Below are positions 63,483-64,000 of a DNA stretch of 64,000 nucleotides, piece after piece. Made by a program: the position numbers and the translations under genes. Numbering within the stretch: position 1 is the stretch's first letter; the number at the start of each line of letters is the position of its first letter. The DNA comes from Coleofasciculus chthonoplastes F2-STO-03 (GTDB lineage Bacteria; Cyanobacteriota; Cyanobacteriia; Cyanobacteriales; Coleofasciculaceae), in NCBI GenBank assembly GCA_040222015.1, contig JAVJWO010000071.1, positions 1-64,000 on the forward strand, written 5' to 3'. Under the pieces are notes generated by a model that saw nothing but the letters and a program-made list of their open reading frames with translations, did not search any database and was not told where the DNA came from.

Positions 63483-64000
63483 ATGTGTGAACCACCGTCC
63501 CATGAACCCAATTCAAAACAGTCCCAGCCTGAACCAAGTGTTCAGCAGAAAAATGCAGGTTCAATGGGCGGTGGACAACAGGCGGCAATTGGTGATAGAA
63601 ATGTCCAGGTACAGGGAAAGGGTAACTGGGTCTGGAATTTTTTCTTTGGTTGGGGTGGCAAAAGTTTAACTCGACACGAAGAATACCGCAAGCGTCAGGC
63701 TTTACTCAATAACGTCAACAAATGTTGGGTCAAAGATGTTCTAGAAAAATCCCTCTACAATCAGGTGATGATTGAGTTGGGATTGGAGGAACGCCCCGAT
63801 GCTATTACTAATCCTTGGAGTGCCATTATAGAGACGAATGACTCACCTCAACCTCTCCCCGATGGAACTAAAATAATCGATATATTTGACCAAATCGGCA
63901 TAGGTCGAACGCTACTCATTTTAGGGGAACCGGGGTCAGGAAAAACCACGACGCTATTGGAACTCACACGCGATTTAATCGCCCGTGCGGAACAAGACAT
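63483..64000 (+). CDS. NACHT/STAND NTPase (NLR-like), 5' part; runs off the window
   Basis: Open frame from ATG 63483 (MCEPPSHEP...), R.RQALL..V...WVK.VLEKSLY, Walker A LLILGEPGSGKTTTLLEL. Not in the supplied ORF track. Confidence 0.88.
   Translation, partial: MCEPPSHEPNSKQSQPEPSVQQKNAGSMGGGQQAAIGDRNVQVQGKGNWVWNFFFGWGGKSLTRHEEYRKRQALLNNVNKCWVKDVLEKSLYNQVMIELGLEERPDAITNPWSAIIETNDSPQPLPDGTKIIDIFDQIGIGRTLLILGEPGSGKTTTLLELTRDLIARAEQD

Noticed and set aside
63436..63669. 77-aa ORF in the track
   Set aside because: Wrong frame; the real gene is the NACHT frame from ATG 63483.

Overview
This is a 64-kb chromosomal window from a cyanobacterium: HIP1 sites (GCGATCGC) are frequent, por, pdxJ, crtE and ycf54 are present, and GTAG-type REP palindromes, MITEs and heptamer repeats are dense. 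A filamentous species is likely (inference). Most of the window is housekeeping genes plus tRNA-Pro(CGG) and tRNA-Asn(GTT). Two systems stand out. (1) At 26.5-34.5 kb a geosmin-synthase-like didomain terpene cyclase with non-canonical metal-binding motifs carries a C-terminal 5 x 35-aa GLGTS repeat array. It lies upstream of two paralogous Family 2B (cNMP-domain) encapsulin shell genes, with a decayed IS607/TnpB element between them and a MITE rewriting the cyclase C-terminus. (2) At 61.2-64 kb a membrane pentapeptide-repeat protein and the adjacent NACHT (NLR-like) protein share a G/Q/N-rich motif (N.GSMGGGQQ.AIGD.N.Q) conserved through synonymous changes, which fits amyloid signalling between an NLR and its effector. 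Also seen: an IscB 3' end next to a P450 3' fragment, an orphan CRISPR-like repeat beside a TnpB right-end remnant, a probable ~24.7-kb inversion separating an XPB-like helicase from DUF790, a truncated dpdA-like gene with a 48-nt in-frame double-hairpin insertion, and a broken ABC permease/egtC locus. All family assignments come from motif recognition by eye; no searches were run.
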